A DNA stretch of 64,000 nucleotides, taken from Candidatus Latescibacterota bacterium (GTDB lineage Bacteria; Latescibacterota; UBA2968; UBA8231). The stretch spans positions 6,624,001-6,688,000 of the forward strand of contig CBDETY010000003.1 of NCBI GenBank assembly GCA_965243025.1, read 5' to 3'. This document shows, in pieces, positions 61,631 through 64,000 of this stretch. The translations under genes were made by a program, and so were the position numbers. Below the pieces are notes generated by a model. The model worked only from the letters and a program-made list of their open reading frames with translations, did not search any database and had not been told where the DNA came from. Every line of letters starts with the position of its first letter. Position 1 is the first letter of the stretch.

Positions 61631-62803
61631 ATGCAGCTTCTTGAGGAGATCGCGGCCAAGCCAAGCCGCCTCGTCGTCGGGCTGATGACGGGGACCTCGG
61701 CCGACGGCGTCGACGCCGTGCTGGCGAGGATCTCCGGGTCCGGGTCCGCCACCCGGTTCGAGCTGCTCGCCCACGCCACCAGAGACATTCCGCCCGCCCT
61801 GCGGGAGGGGCTGTTCGACCTCTTCAAGCCGGACGCCGCCGTCGACGACCTGACCGGACTGAACTTCGAGCTCGGCGAGACGCTCGCCGCCGCCGCTCTC
61901 GAGGTGATCGGCAAGGGAGGCGCCGGCCCCGGGGAGGTCGACCTGGTCGGCTCCCACGGGCAGACGGTGCGCCATTTCCCCCGGGACGGCACCCCCTCGA
62001 CCCTGCAGATCGGGGAGCCCGCGGTGATCGCCCAGCGCACCGGAATCACCACGGTGGCCGACTTCCGGCCCGCCGACGTCGCCCTCGGCGGCCAGGGGGC
62101 GCCGCTGGTGCCGCTGGTCGACCTGCTGCTGTTCGGCCATCCCGGGCGGGGGCGCCTGATGCTGAACATCGGCGGCATCGCCAACGTCACCGTGCTGCCC
62201 CCCGGGGCCGGACCGGACGACGTCGCCGCCTTCGATCTGGGTCCCGGCAACATGCTCGTCGACGCCGCCGTCTCGTTCCTGACCGGGGGCAGCGAGCGCT
62301 TCGACCGCGACGGCCGCCGCGCCGCGGCGGGAGCTGTCGACGAGGAGTGGCTGGGGCGCCTGCTCGAGCACGAGTTCCTGCACCGGCCGCCGCCCAAATC
62401 GACGGGCAGGGAGGAGTTCGGCGCCGAGTACCTGTTCGAGGTGATGGCCTCCAGCGGGCTCGCCGGGGACGCCCTGATCGCCACCCTGACGGCGTTCACC
62501 GCAGGCGCCGTCGTTCAGGGCATCGGCCGCTTCGCCCTCGCCGGCGGCGGGATGGAGGAGTTATGGGTCAGCGGCGGCGGCGTGCACAACCGGTGCCTGA
62601 TGGAGCAGATCGCCCGCGGCCTCCCCGAGCTGCGCGTCGCGCCTACCGACGAGATAGGGGTGCCCGCCGACGCCAAGGAGGCCCTGGCCTTTGCCGTGCT
62701 CGCCAACGAGACCCTGGCCGGCAACAGCGGCAACCTGCCGGCGGCCACCGGGGCGGAACGGGCGGCGGTGCTGGGGAAAATCTGCCCGGGCCGGAAGGGA
62801 TGA
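61631..62803 (+). CDS. anmK: Anhydro-N-acetylmuramic acid kinase
   Basis: GLMTGTSADGVD, GSHGQT, DFRPADVALGGQGAPLVP, NIGGIAN, PPKSTGREEF, GGGVHN, KEALAFA. Confidence 0.96.
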   Translation: MQLLEEIAAKPSRLVVGLMTGTSADGVDAVLARISGSGSATRFELLAHATRDIPPALREGLFDLFKPDAAVDDLTGLNFELGETLAAAALEVIGKGGAGPGEVDLVGSHGQTVRHFPRDGTPSTLQIGEPAVIAQRTGITTVADFRPADVALGGQGAPLVPLVDLLLFGHPGRGRLMLNIGGIANVTVLPPGAGPDDVAAFDLGPGNMLVDAAVSFLTGGSERFDRDGRRAAAGAVDEEWLGRLLEHEFLHRPPPKSTGREEFGAEYLFEVMASSGLAGDALIATLTAFTAGAVVQGIGRFALAGGGMEELWVSGGGVHNRCLMEQIARGLPELRVAPTDEIGVPADAKEALAFAVLANETLAGNSGNLPAATGAERAAVLGKICPGRKG

Positions 62804-62911
62804 AGGCTCCCTGCTGCAAGCCGGCGGCCGGGCCGCGGAAACGGGCGCGCAGGCAAACTTCGATTCAAAAACTTTCACCATTCACTCAGGACAAAACGGG
62901 ACCACGGAACC

Positions 62912-64000
62912 ATGAGCCATGAATTCGAGCTGATCGAAGAGCGCGACATCTCCGAGCTCGATACCGGCGGCCGCCTCTACCGCCACCGCACCGGAGCCGA
63001 GCTGCTGTCGCTTTCCAACGACGACGAGAACAAGGTCTTCGGCATAACCTTCCGGACGCCGCCGGAGGACTCGACCGGGGTGGCCCACATCCTCGAGCAC
63101 TCGGTGCTGTGCGGCTCGCGCAAGTACCCGGTAAAGGAGCCGTTCGTCGAGCTGCTCAAGGGTTCCCTCAAGACCTTCCTCAACGCCTTCACCTACCCGG
63201 ACAAGACCTGCTATCCCGTCGCCAGCCAGAACCTCCAGGATTTCTACAACCTGATCGACGTCTACCTCGACGCCGTCTTCCATCCCCGACTGACGCCGCA
63301 GGTCCTGCAGCAGGAGGGCTGGCACTACGAGGTCGAAGAGGCCGGCGGCCCCCTGGTTTTCAAGGGAGTGGTTTTCAACGAGATGAAGGGGGCCAACTCC
63401 TCTCCGGACCGGGTGATGGCCGAGTACGTGCAGCACTCGCTGTTCCCCGGCAACACCTACGGCGTCGATTCCGGGGGCCACCCGCGCGAGATACCGGACC
63501 TCACCTACGAGCAGTTCGAAAGCTTCCACCGCGACTACTACCACCCGGCCAACGCGCGCATCTACTTCTACGGCGACGACCCGGCCGAGCGACGCTTGGA
63601 GCTGCTCGAGGAGTACCTGGGGGATTACGAGCCCGCCGGGATCCGGTCCGCCGTCGCCTGGCAGCCACCCTTCTCCGGTCCGCGGAAAGTCGAACGCACC
63701 TACGCCGCGGGTGAGGAGGGAGAGGAGGGGGGCCGCGCCAGAAGCATGGTCACCGTCAACTGGCTGATGCACGAGGAGATCGACCCGGTGACCGGTCTCG
63801 GGCTGCAGATACTGGACCACGTGCTGCTGGGGACGCCGGCGTCGCCGCTGCGCAAGGCGCTGATCGAGTCCGGCCTCGGTGAGGACCTCTCGGGCATCGG
63901 CATGGAGACCGAGCTGCAGCAGTTCTTCTTCTCGATCGGACTGAAGGGGGTGGCCCGCGAGGACGAGGAGCAGGTCGTCGAGCTGGTGCTGCGGACCCTG
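62912..64000 (+). CDS. M16C (presequence protease/PreP-like) zinc metallopeptidase, runs off the right edge
   Basis: Not in the ORF track. ATG at 62912: MSHEFELIEE...FRTPPEDSTGVAHILEHSVLCGSRKYPVKEPF..LLKGSLKTFLNAFTYPDKT, GVVFNEMKG (HxxEH). Confidence 0.95.
   Translation, partial: MSHEFELIEERDISELDTGGRLYRHRTGAELLSLSNDDENKVFGITFRTPPEDSTGVAHILEHSVLCGSRKYPVKEPFVELLKGSLKTFLNAFTYPDKTCYPVASQNLQDFYNLIDVYLDAVFHPRLTPQVLQQEGWHYEVEEAGGPLVFKGVVFNEMKGANSSPDRVMAEYVQHSLFPGNTYGVDSGGHPREIPDLTYEQFESFHRDYYHPANARIYFYGDDPAERRLELLEEYLGDYEPAGIRSAVAWQPPFSGPRKVERTYAAGEEGEEGGRARSMVTVNWLMHEEIDPVTGLGLQILDHVLLGTPASPLRKALIESGLGEDLSGIGMETELQQFFFSIGLKGVAREDEEQVVELVLRTL

Overview
GC-rich bacterial window with about 46 protein-coding genes and no rRNA, tRNA or CRISPR array that I can recognise. 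Gene content (SprA, LptF/G, sulfatase, PhyH and TauD dioxygenases, FlgD-type C-terminal-domain proteins, 'WGRIK'-tailed secreted proteins) suggests a diderm FCB-superphylum organism such as Latescibacterota; this is inference only. The left part is catabolic or accessory: two tandem lower-GC secreted paralogs, a sulfatase, YaaA, PhyH, creatininase, a sialidase-like pseudogene fragment, GH-like TIM barrels and a DUF59 fusion. The centre (13.2-42.4 kb) is the most interesting part. It is an envelope/secretion-like neighbourhood with two GT-C+TPR glycosyltransferases, a parvulin-fold lipoprotein, a WGRIK-tailed protein, two FlgD/'TPNGDG'-CTD proteins, two paralogous ~930-aa putative outer-membrane proteins, lptF/lptG and a 2063-aa SprA-like T9SS translocon. 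SprA is followed on the same strand by comEA, pilM/pilN-like genes, coaD, obgE and dprA. The right part holds feoAB and a Tro/Mnt-type metal ABC operon whose two permeases each carry a DtxR-like domain, with palindromic operators at both promoters. It also holds housekeeping enzymes, a 168-bp CTAG-flanked MITE-like hairpin, anmK and a partial M16C peptidase.
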